From IMG/VR virus record IMGVR_UViG_3300023184_000072, positions 22,305-86,304 of that record: DNA of 64,000 bases. One strand, 5' to 3'. This DNA comes from a virus. A program made the translations under genes and the position numbers. Below, one piece after another: positions 21,128 through 30,285 of the stretch (position 1 is its first letter; each line of letters opens with the position of its first letter). Below the pieces are notes generated by a model. It did no database searches. It was given only the letters and a program-made list of their open reading frames with translations, and was not told the DNA's origin.

Positions 21128-24100
21128 TTATAGATTTTTAAAAGCTTTAACTATGTTACTATTTAAGTTTTTATTCTTAATAGTTTTTCCATCTCTAGCA
21201 GTACTCTTTTTTCCTTTAGAGTGTACACCTATAATATTTCCTTCAGAATCATATGAGAATTCTTTACCAGCTGCAAGTCCTTTACCTTTAGTACCAGATG
21301 CTACACCTTTTCCTGTTGTATCAAAATCTATATATCTAGGAAGTTTAATAATTCTACCATCAGGACCAAATGTATAATCTGGATGTTCAGCCATTCCAAT
21401 ATTATACTCCATGTTCTCTTTTTTGTTAGCAGCTTCTTTAGCATATAATGATGTTAATGCAGCTTCTGTAGTAGCTTTAGTATTAGATTTAGCTTGTGCT
21501 AGTTTATTAGCTGCATCCATATCTATTCCTAAGTTTCTAGCTCTATCTTGATTAACAGTGTTTATGTTATCATTATATACTCCTTGGTATCCTTGTTGGT
21601 TAATCTCAAATTCTTTAGAACCTATTTGATTCATAGCATCTGCTACACTAGCCATTATAGCTGATTGTGCTGCAGGATTATTTCCAGAATTCTTTACAGC
21701 TTCTCTAGCTTGAGAAAGAACTGCATTTCTATCCTTATCTGCAGAATATTTATATGGGGTTTTTAACATAGAATACATATGATTTTCAGCTAATCCTTCA
21801 ACTTGATTATTTGCAAGAGCATATAACTCAGGATTGATTTGATTACCTAATGGCATATTGAATGCAGGATACAATCCTCTAATTAAACTACTAGCTGCAG
21901 ATGCCCAAGGAAATCCTTTCTTAGGAGTTTCTTCTATTGCTTCAAGTTCAGTAGCAGCTGGTTTAGTTGGTGTTGGAGTGATAGTTGGTGCTACTGCAGG
22001 TGTTGCATTTTTATCAATAATAGAATTTAATATTGTATGATAAGGTCCCACTTTTTTATCAGAAGCTAATTCATAAGCTTTAGCTATTTTTCCTGACATA
22101 GTTTTTTCTTTATTTAAAACAGCTTTGACATCTTCTGCATCTTGTCCAGAATAGTTTTCAAGATCACTTATTAATTGTTTAGCTATTGTAGGATCAGAAA
22201 ATGCTTTATCTCTTTTAGGTCCCCATTGTGTTTCATAATTTGAACCTTTAAAAATATCTCCTGCTGTATCTGGTGCATTATAATCTATTGAACCAGGAAG
22301 AGTTCCTTTTACTGCATATGTACCATCTTGAGCTTTTATTGTTTTACCATTTTTAGCAACTTGAGAAAGTTCTCCTTTAGCTAATGTATGACTCACTTCT
22401 CCATTCTTAGCAAACTTCTCTTGAGAAACTTCTTTACCTAATAGGTTAGTTAAAAAATCAGTTGTTTGATGAATATGATCTTGGTAAGCAGCAAGATTTT
22501 CTTTGTCTTTTGCTAGTTGTTTTAATTTCATATTAAGTCCTAGTGTTTGCACTTCTTTTGTTTTATCTCCTAATGCTCCTATTGCTGTATTAGATTTAGG
22601 AACATCACTTGTTATTTTTTCTAACTCACCTGTATATTTTTTTTCTTGAGGAACAATTATATTATTTACAACATGTTTAACTTTTTTGTTAGCATATTTT
22701 TCAGGTAATTGGAATTGTTCTAACAAATCTTTATTAGTATTAAGATTACCATATACAACAGCACCATCATTTGTTATAGAAATAGGTTCATTAGTTTCTA
22801 TTTCTACATCTGGTTCATCTCCCATGTCTCCACCATCTTTCATTATAGAAAGTCCTATACCTGTTCTTCCTTGTTCATCTTTTTGGAAATGAGAATTACC
22901 ATATGCATTATATGTAAGTCCTTCTCCTTCTGAATAAGGATTGTATGATACAGGTTTTACACCTTCCCCTCCAGGAAGATTTCCACCCCAATGAGTTTTT
23001 AATTCTCCACCATCAGCATAAGTTTCCATAGCTCTTTCACTTGGAGGAGTGTATTCTTTTAAATGTCCACCAGCTCTATATTTATGTGCATAGTCAGCAA
23101 AGTCTTCTGCAGTGTGATCACCAAACATTGCAATCACTTGAGGATTCCAATCATTACTAACCCAACCACCTTCTTTTCTAACACTTCCAAATTGTCCCAT
23201 ATTTTTCCACATAGAATTATCCATTATTCTTTGTTGTGTGTTAGCATTGCTTTGAGTTAATTTATTTATTTTTCCAGCATCACCAAATGCTTGATCAAGT
23301 CCTCCTCCTACTAATTGTAAAGCTAATCCTGCTCCTGGGAATGCCATATCTGCTAATGGAGCAAGTGCTCCTGCTGCTTGAAAACCAGCATTATTATTAT
23401 ATCCAGCTCCTATTAAATTACTACCTAAACTATTGATAGGTCCCATTATATCCATTCCACCACCAGCTGCTCCTTCAAGATCTCCACCATCAGCATATTG
23501 TTTAACTTGATCAAGATCATCATATAATGTACCAGGAGCAAATGTATTAGAAATTTCTCCACCATCTTTATACATAACAAAGTTAGGAGTGAATGGTTGA
23601 TTTAACATTCTAGGTGCAGCTTGTCCTAATTGTTTAGCTCCTTGTCCTAAATATCCTGCAGCTCTAGATCCTGCACCTTCTCCAATAGCAGTAGGAAATG
23701 CTTCATAAGAAACTTCAGGTAAACCTGATAATAATGTAGCAGCATTTAATGCAGCTTTAGGAGTAAGTTTTAATCCTTTCTTAATATGACTAAGGATTCT
23801 TTGTTTATCTGTTTTGTTTGGATTATATCTATTAGCCATAACTTCTTTTCTGAATGCTTCAGAAGTTTCATCTTCTCTAGTTCCACTAGGATTAAGCACA
23901 CTCTTAAAATCTCCAAATGCTTTACTAGGATGAGCCATGTAATATAAAGGTCTTTCTCCTAATAAATAATCATCATATTCTGCTTGAGATCTTTTAGCTT
24001 CTTCTTCTCTTTGTGTTTGATTTCTTTTATCAGTAGATAACATTGCATCACTACCCTTGTATTTAGGTTTACCTTTAAAGAAGTCTTCATAAGATTGTAT

Positions 24101-25177
24101 AGGTTTTTTAATAGGTGCAAGTCTTCCTGTAGGAGTTTCTCTATGTTGTACAGGTGTACGTGATTGAGAACTATTTTTAGGAGGAGTACTTCTTAAGTTT
24201 TCTTTTTTGAATCTAGGATCATTTAATTCACTTAATAGTTTTGTGTTATCTTTAGCAGATCCTGTTGTATATCCAAGTCTTTTAGCTTCACTCCATGGAA
24301 GTCCTGTTTTTGCAACCCAGTTATCTCTAGCAGATTTACTATCAATTTTAGGTGATTGTTTGATTGGTTGAATATCACTATCAGTCATATCATAATAATC
24401 ATATCCTTCAGAATCTTTTCCCATTCCTTCTACAAATCCTTCTTGAGCTTTTTGAATGTTTAAACCATCTCTACCCACTCCTCTTAATATATCATATCCT
24501 GTACCTTGAGAAGGATAGAACATATTTGTAGAAGCAGTATAGTTTTCTGGTCTATCTAATACATGTTTTTGATAACGATCATTTACATCAGTAGATTTAC
24601 TTAATTCTTCCATAGGTTTAAGTAAAGCTTCTTGCTGTTGAAGAGATTTTTTTTGTTTTCTTTCTGCTGCAAAAGCATTAAAAATTCCTGGAATAGCACC
24701 TGCTATACCTGCAACCATTTGAGGAGATATAGCACTTGAACCTTCACCTTTATAATCTTTACCACCAAGTCCACCTGTTACAGATTTATCTTCACCAAAT
24801 ACACCATTAGAAATTTTTCCAATTCCTTTTTGTATTGCTGGATTATTTTGCATAAACTGTTGTCCATAGTTTTGCATAGCAAAAGGATTACCTGAAGATT
24901 GAAAAGTATTACCAGCCATCTGTTGTGTACTAGGTGCACCAAATGATGGAGTGGATGACATATTACTACCAAAGTTCCATTGGTTCTGTGGACCAAATGA
25001 TTGTCCAAAATAATTTGGACTACCAGGAGTATTTGTTGCATTGTAGTATCCTGATTGTGCTTTCTTAATAGACTTAGCTTCAGGGTGAGCTTTAAAGAAA
25101 GCTGCTTCTGTTGGATACTTCTTGTAAAATGCTGCTTCAGATTTTACTCCTGCAATTTTTAAAATTTGTGACTTCAT
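21128..25177 (-). CDS. Virion cargo protein (1349 aa) punctuated by xAxDGG-like motifs
   Basis: Gly/Ala/Gln-rich, ~13 motif copies, located between tail and vRNAP genes. Confidence 0.65.
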   Translation of the reverse strand: MKSQILKIAGVKSEAAFYKKYPTEAAFFKAHPEAKSIKKAQSGYYNATNTPGSPNYFGQSFGPQNQWNFGSNMSSTPSFGAPSTQQMAGNTFQSSGNPFAMQNYGQQFMQNNPAIQKGIGKISNGVFGEDKSVTGGLGGKDYKGEGSSAISPQMVAGIAGAIPGIFNAFAAERKQKKSLQQQEALLKPMEELSKSTDVNDRYQKHVLDRPENYTASTNMFYPSQGTGYDILRGVGRDGLNIQKAQEGFVEGMGKDSEGYDYYDMTDSDIQPIKQSPKIDSKSARDNWVAKTGLPWSEAKRLGYTTGSAKDNTKLLSELNDPRFKKENLRSTPPKNSSQSRTPVQHRETPTGRLAPIKKPIQSYEDFFKGKPKYKGSDAMLSTDKRNQTQREEEAKRSQAEYDDYLLGERPLYYMAHPSKAFGDFKSVLNPSGTREDETSEAFRKEVMANRYNPNKTDKQRILSHIKKGLKLTPKAALNAATLLSGLPEVSYEAFPTAIGEGAGSRAAGYLGQGAKQLGQAAPRMLNQPFTPNFVMYKDGGEISNTFAPGTLYDDLDQVKQYADGGDLEGAAGGGMDIMGPINSLGSNLIGAGYNNNAGFQAAGALAPLADMAFPGAGLALQLVGGGLDQAFGDAGKINKLTQSNANTQQRIMDNSMWKNMGQFGSVRKEGGWVSNDWNPQVIAMFGDHTAEDFADYAHKYRAGGHLKEYTPPSERAMETYADGGELKTHWGGNLPGGEGVKPVSYNPYSEGEGLTYNAYGNSHFQKDEQGRTGIGLSIMKDGGDMGDEPDVEIETNEPISITNDGAVVYGNLNTNKDLLEQFQLPEKYANKKVKHVVNNIIVPQEKKYTGELEKITSDVPKSNTAIGALGDKTKEVQTLGLNMKLKQLAKDKENLAAYQDHIHQTTDFLTNLLGKEVSQEKFAKNGEVSHTLAKGELSQVAKNGKTIKAQDGTYAVKGTLPGSIDYNAPDTAGDIFKGSNYETQWGPKRDKAFSDPTIAKQLISDLENYSGQDAEDVKAVLNKEKTMSGKIAKAYELASDKKVGPYHTILNSIIDKNATPAVAPTITPTPTKPAATELEAIEETPKKGFPWASAASSLIRGLYPAFNMPLGNQINPELYALANNQVEGLAENHMYSMLKTPYKYSADKDRNAVLSQAREAVKNSGNNPAAQSAIMASVADAMNQIGSKEFEINQQGYQGVYNDNINTVNQDRARNLGIDMDAANKLAQAKSNTKATTEAALTSLYAKEAANKKENMEYNIGMAEHPDYTFGPDGRIIKLPRYIDFDTTGKGVASGTKGKGLAAGKEFSYDSEGNIIGVHSKGKKSTARDGKTIKNKNLNSNIVKAFKNL

Positions 25178-25183
25178 AATATA

Positions 25184-27898
25184 TTAGTATTGGTCCAACC
25201 ATCCACCTGGTTGTTTTGTGTTATAGTTTGTAAAGTTAGTTAATTGATCTAGATTAACCAAACCTTTTTGTTCTTGTCTTAATCCATTTTTAGCCATAGG
25301 AAACTCTGTAACTTTCTTTCCTTTAAACTTATAGTTTTTTCCTGGCTTCATTAGTTTAGTATCTCCTTCATCTGATATACCAAGAACAGGATAAGGAACT
25401 CCTTCCATTGTTATATCATTAGAACCTATTTCTGTTATCTCTCCTGGATGATCCCATTGTCCTCTATCATCTTTAATGATTCCTCCATCTCTTTGTTTAA
25501 TATATTCTCCTTTATTTTTTATAATAGTAGGTATATTTTCATTACCTGAATAATATGATAATGTAGCTCTATGGTGACCATCATTTATTTGATAACTTCC
25601 ATCTGGTAATTCGCTAATGTTAATTGGTTCTTTTTCTAAAAATTTTTGATATTTTGCAGCGTCATTAGGATTATTTTTTAAATGTTCAACCATCTCTTTA
25701 AGAGTAGGTTGACCTGGTTTTGCACTTTCTACTTCAATACCAATGCTTTTCAAAATATCTCTTGCTCCTTCTGATGTAGCACCTTGATTACCAATACTAC
25801 CACTTGGTTTACGAACATTGTTTAAATCAAATAATTCAAAATTATTATTAGGTAAATCATTAATATCTATAACAGATGAACTTCTTAATATAGAACGAGG
25901 ATCTTGTACAGGTGTGCTAGGATTCATTCTAGCTTTCTGTTCATTAAACCATTTTATATATTCATCTTCTTGATGTGGTATATACTCACCTATTTGAGAT
26001 TCACCTATACGTGAGAAATATGGTTCTAAACCTTGTTCAGCCTCTGCAACATATGGTTTGTAATTACCTATTGATTCAGCAATTGTAGGAACTTTATAAT
26101 CTCCTACAATAGGTAAAACTCTTTTTGAATTTATAAAGTTTTTACCAGCATTTAATCCTTTTGAAATGTATGGTGCTAAAATTTCTTCACCTGCACCAAA
26201 TGCTAAAGGTTCTGCAAAAGCCATAGCAGCTTGTCCATAATTACCTCTATTAATATTATCTGGAAATGCACCTAGTTTATTAGCCATTGAACCTAACCAT
26301 GCAGCAGGATTTATATAATCATCAAATACATTATCATTTAAAGATAATCTCATATGTGTATCTATAGCACCATTAGCATCTTTAAAATCTTGTGTAGAAT
26401 TAAATTGTCCTCTACCTTGAGCAAGTATCTCTTTACGCATTCTTGCTTTTCTTTCTAACTCTTTATCAGACAATCTTGCATCAGTTTCTCTTTCTGACTG
26501 AGTTCTTTTATCAGTAGATAGCATTGCTTGATTAAGTGTGTTACCATAACCTGCAGCTTTACTTTTAGCTATAGCTGCTTTAAACTCTGCTAAAGAATCT
26601 CTTGTACCTCCACCTACTTTTGTACCTCCTTGAGCTACATCATAACTATTTAACCATTCACCATCTTTTGCACTAGCCATTGTTTTCTTTGCATATGGAC
26701 CATTACTAGGAGCAGGAGATTGTGTACGTGCATAGGAGAAACCTACAGCTCCTGGAATAGAACCACCCATTGCATGTTTTTTATACATATTATCTTTATC
26801 TCTATATCCATCTGGAATTAGATTATTATCAGATAAATATTTTATTGTTTCACTTTTTTGTTTTTTAGACATAAAAGGAGTTGATCCAATAGTTGCTCCA
26901 ACCATATTATTCAATTGATCTTCTGCTCCTTCTTTAATTGTATCCCACATACTATAAGGACGTTTAACTGTACCTCTGTTAGGTTCAATTAATTCATGAC
27001 CAAGTCCTGCTGCACTACCTCCTAAAAATCCTGCTGCTTGTGGTATTCCTATATATTGCATCCATGAAGGAAATTTATTTTGAATAGCTTCAGATGTAAA
27101 TCTACCAGCCATTGGATGTCTAATATTATCTGTTTGATCTTCTCCTGGATCTGTATATTCATCAGCAGCTTGTTCAGCTTTTTGCATAGGATGATCTAAC
27201 CAATCTTCTACTTTATCTTGAATATTTTTCTTTTTATTATTTTTCTTACCATTCTGTGCTTGAGGAACATAATTAACTGGATAGACAGATCCACCCATTT
27301 GTTGTTTAAGAGCTGCTGGTTTTTTACGTAAAGGTTTTCTATCACCCATGTCTGAAAGCACACCATGTTTTTGAGCTTTTATTAAAAGATCATGTTGATT
27401 CTCTTCTGAGATAGGTAATGTTCCTACAATACTTCCTATAAAATTATTATACAAATCAGATCCATGTTCTTTCCAACTATTTGGTGCATTAAGTTCATGA
27501 GCTGCTCCTGCAATATTAGTACCTATAATTTTCAATGGTGCAACCCCAGGAATAAAGTTTGTCCATCCAGGTAATGCAGAAGACATAGCAGCAGCACTTG
27601 ATGAATGTCTTATAGCATCTAATCCTCCATTATGTGAACCTGTATTAATTCCTTGTTGCTGAGCTCTTCTAGAAGCTCTTTCTTTTACTGGATCTATATA
27701 TTCTTTTAAAAGTTCTTTTTCTGTGTTACTAAATTTCTTTTTTAAATAACCACCAGTTTGAAACTGTCCACCCCATGCAGGAGAATAGTTTCTACCTACA
27801 TTGCTATATCCATCTCCTTGAAAACCTTCAGGAGCAGAAGCTTGTGAATCATTGTAATTATCTTCTTCACCGTAATTATCTAACCAACCTTTTGCCAT
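25184..27898 (-). CDS. Modular virion cargo protein (904 aa): two D-x-x-R-H/HE/D-x-x-NN domains and a ParB/Srx-like domain
   Basis: DAIRH..HEL..DLYNNFIG; DNIRH..HEL..DQLNNMVG; YQINDGHHR; GG motifs between modules. Confidence 0.65.
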   Translation of the reverse strand: MAKGWLDNYGEEDNYNDSQASAPEGFQGDGYSNVGRNYSPAWGGQFQTGGYLKKKFSNTEKELLKEYIDPVKERASRRAQQQGINTGSHNGGLDAIRHSSSAAAMSSALPGWTNFIPGVAPLKIIGTNIAGAAHELNAPNSWKEHGSDLYNNFIGSIVGTLPISEENQHDLLIKAQKHGVLSDMGDRKPLRKKPAALKQQMGGSVYPVNYVPQAQNGKKNNKKKNIQDKVEDWLDHPMQKAEQAADEYTDPGEDQTDNIRHPMAGRFTSEAIQNKFPSWMQYIGIPQAAGFLGGSAAGLGHELIEPNRGTVKRPYSMWDTIKEGAEDQLNNMVGATIGSTPFMSKKQKSETIKYLSDNNLIPDGYRDKDNMYKKHAMGGSIPGAVGFSYARTQSPAPSNGPYAKKTMASAKDGEWLNSYDVAQGGTKVGGGTRDSLAEFKAAIAKSKAAGYGNTLNQAMLSTDKRTQSERETDARLSDKELERKARMRKEILAQGRGQFNSTQDFKDANGAIDTHMRLSLNDNVFDDYINPAAWLGSMANKLGAFPDNINRGNYGQAAMAFAEPLAFGAGEEILAPYISKGLNAGKNFINSKRVLPIVGDYKVPTIAESIGNYKPYVAEAEQGLEPYFSRIGESQIGEYIPHQEDEYIKWFNEQKARMNPSTPVQDPRSILRSSSVIDINDLPNNNFELFDLNNVRKPSGSIGNQGATSEGARDILKSIGIEVESAKPGQPTLKEMVEHLKNNPNDAAKYQKFLEKEPINISELPDGSYQINDGHHRATLSYYSGNENIPTIIKNKGEYIKQRDGGIIKDDRGQWDHPGEITEIGSNDITMEGVPYPVLGISDEGDTKLMKPGKNYKFKGKKVTEFPMAKNGLRQEQKGLVNLDQLTNFTNYNTKQPGGWLDQY

Positions 27899-28764
27899 TA
27901 CTTATAAGATATTTGAGATGGGGTTACTATGAATTGACTAACTAAATGTATATCAGCTCTATTATCAAGAATGTGTCTCACCTTTAAATCTTTTGCTCTT
28001 AGAGGAGATTTCTTAAAACTTCTAGGACCATAATCCATATTGGCTTGATTAACTGCTTTATCCACTGAAAGACTCTCACATGATGTATAGAACAATGGAA
28101 CTTGAGAACTTTTCTCTAATGCCCAGAATGTATTATACTGATAGAAGTTATCACTCTTAGTGTAAGTGATAGTTTTACTTTCAGCGTTAAAGATAGGGTA
28201 TTGATTGTAAGCTTGCAAGTTATGCATTGGTTTTGCAACTAACTCAAGAACACCAGAACTCTGTTGTCCATTATATAGAATAGCTTTATTAAACCATTTG
28301 TTGTTTGTTTCTATTCTTACATTATCATTAAAGACACCATCAGGTATAGGAAGATATTCATATGCCTTTGTATAGTCTTTTACATTCTGTAAGATTTCAT
28401 CTTGATAGTTGTAAGCAAATGGATATTCAATAACATATGGTTCTATGTTTCCATAGAATATATTGTATATCTCTATGTTAGTTAAATGTCTCCATACACA
28501 TCCTGTAACAGATTGTGTGTATTTTATATTTGCATATTCTGCAATATTAAAATCTTTCAATTGTATAGTGAAAGATGTTTTACATTTACCTAAAGATACT
28601 AATATCACTGCATATACACTACTATCTACAACATAACTCACTCCTTGTATTAATGCTTTCTTAGGAACATTCTCAGCTATAATGTTTCCATATATATCCG
28701 TAATGTTAAATGGTCCAACATTTGGTCCAGTCTGTACTAACTTTATGGTTATAACTTTTGTCAT
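27898..28764 (-). CDS. Tail protein (288 aa); probable C-terminal part of the stabilisation/muzzle protein
   Basis: N-terminal GPNVGPFN domain followed by WRH..YNIFYG..PYVIEY. Confidence 0.55.
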   Translation of the reverse strand: MTKVITIKLVQTGPNVGPFNITDIYGNIIAENVPKKALIQGVSYVVDSSVYAVILVSLGKCKTSFTIQLKDFNIAEYANIKYTQSVTGCVWRHLTNIEIYNIFYGNIEPYVIEYPFAYNYQDEILQNVKDYTKAYEYLPIPDGVFNDNVRIETNNKWFNKAILYNGQQSSGVLELVAKPMHNLQAYNQYPIFNAESKTITYTKSDNFYQYNTFWALEKSSQVPLFYTSCESLSVDKAVNQANMDYGPRSFKKSPLRAKDLKVRHILDNRADIHLVSQFIVTPSQISYK

Positions 28765-28765
28765 A

Positions 28766-30274
28766 TTAAGGGGTAGTTGTAGTGGTAGTTGTTGTAGAAG
28801 AAGAACTAGATGTAGTGGTAGTAGTTAATGGTATCTCAGCAGAGAAACAAGATGAAACTTGTGTAATTGAAATTGGATTATAAGTAAATGTTTCTGCAGG
28901 TAATAAATCATATGGATTAGTTTTATCTAATAACCAAGATGCACCTTCTGTATCTACAATAAATAACCAACAATTACATTCGTATAAGTTAGCAGGAGTA
29001 ATTGCAGTTATTTCTATATCATATTCTATTGTTCCTAATGGATAATCATATTGTGTTAAATAGTAACTACTAGTCATACTATCTTGATTGATCAATAATA
29101 ATTTACTATTACTTGTAAGAATTAAATTACCAATAGCTATTCTATTTGTAATTAAAGTAAATATAGATGTTAATGCTTCTGTATCCATATTTATTTCAAC
29201 CACTTCATTAGTTGTATCATTCACTGCTATTACTACATCATCATTTTTAGCAGTGATTCCAGAGTTGATTGTAAATCCTACAGGAAATGCAATATTTTTA
29301 TTATATGTAGCATCAAAAGGAATAAGTGTTATATCCCATTGATGGAACTCTGTATCAACACTCCATAAATAATTTTTAGTCATTGCTATTCCTATTCCAG
29401 GAGTGTAGTTAGGAACATTAAGTAATTCCATAGGTTGTCCTAAATTATGATAATATATATTTGTTCCTGAACTAATTAGTGCTGTACAACAATTATCTAT
29501 ATATGGAGCAGTGGTTGTACTAGTTGTTGTAGCATTACAATCACAATCTACAATTTCTAATATAACACCACCTGATACACGATATGCAAATTTACCATAT
29601 ACACTTTCTTCAGTGTAATACCATCCATCAGGAACAAATGTACAATCTGTTAAAGTGGAATCGTAATAAACAATTTGATTAACTTCATAAGAAGCAGCTT
29701 GTGTACTAAATCCTGTTACTGTAACACCTAAAGGTTGTAAAATTAAAAATGAAACTGCATTACAAACATCTTGTAAACTATTTGATGAAACTACTGCTGG
29801 TTCTGTTCCAACTTGATAACCTGTACCAAAATTATTAGATTGTAAATTAGAAGGTCTTTGGCATATAGTGGTAGTAGTTGTAGCAGGAACTGTAATAATT
29901 GCTGTACCATCCATGTTACAATCTGTTATAATTATTCTTCCATCTATACCACAATCTAATGTTGTTGTACTTGTAGTGGTAGAAGGAGAAGGATAGTATG
30001 TTGTAGTGGTACTAGTCATAGGTGGATTCTTATCCATCACTCCAGCAATAGCTTGAAACCCACCAGCTAACCCATCATCACAACATCCATTAAGTCCTGA
30101 ATAGAAGAAGTTATTCTCTCCTATATAGAAGTTAGGAATATAGCTATGAAAGGATATCCATTTTTGAGTGTTTAAATTATACGACATAGTCCAACTCTTA
30201 TTACAAAAGTATTCGGGATCTTCAAGATAAACTTGTGTACGTATAACTACTTTATTTATATTATCTTCAGCCAT
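28766..30274 (-). CDS. Tail protein (502 aa) with poly-Thr linkers and a beta-rich domain
   Basis: N-terminal SWTMSY..WISFHSYIP segment; four Thr tracts. Confidence 0.6.
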   Translation of the reverse strand: MAEDNINKVVIRTQVYLEDPEYFCNKSWTMSYNLNTQKWISFHSYIPNFYIGENNFFYSGLNGCCDDGLAGGFQAIAGVMDKNPPMTSTTTTYYPSPSTTTSTTTLDCGIDGRIIITDCNMDGTAIITVPATTTTTICQRPSNLQSNNFGTGYQVGTEPAVVSSNSLQDVCNAVSFLILQPLGVTVTGFSTQAASYEVNQIVYYDSTLTDCTFVPDGWYYTEESVYGKFAYRVSGGVILEIVDCDCNATTTSTTTAPYIDNCCTALISSGTNIYYHNLGQPMELLNVPNYTPGIGIAMTKNYLWSVDTEFHQWDITLIPFDATYNKNIAFPVGFTINSGITAKNDDVVIAVNDTTNEVVEINMDTEALTSIFTLITNRIAIGNLILTSNSKLLLINQDSMTSSYYLTQYDYPLGTIEYDIEITAITPANLYECNCWLFIVDTEGASWLLDKTNPYDLLPAETFTYNPISITQVSSCFSAEIPLTTTTTSSSSSTTTTTTTTP

Positions 30275-30285
30275 TGGATTAATCT

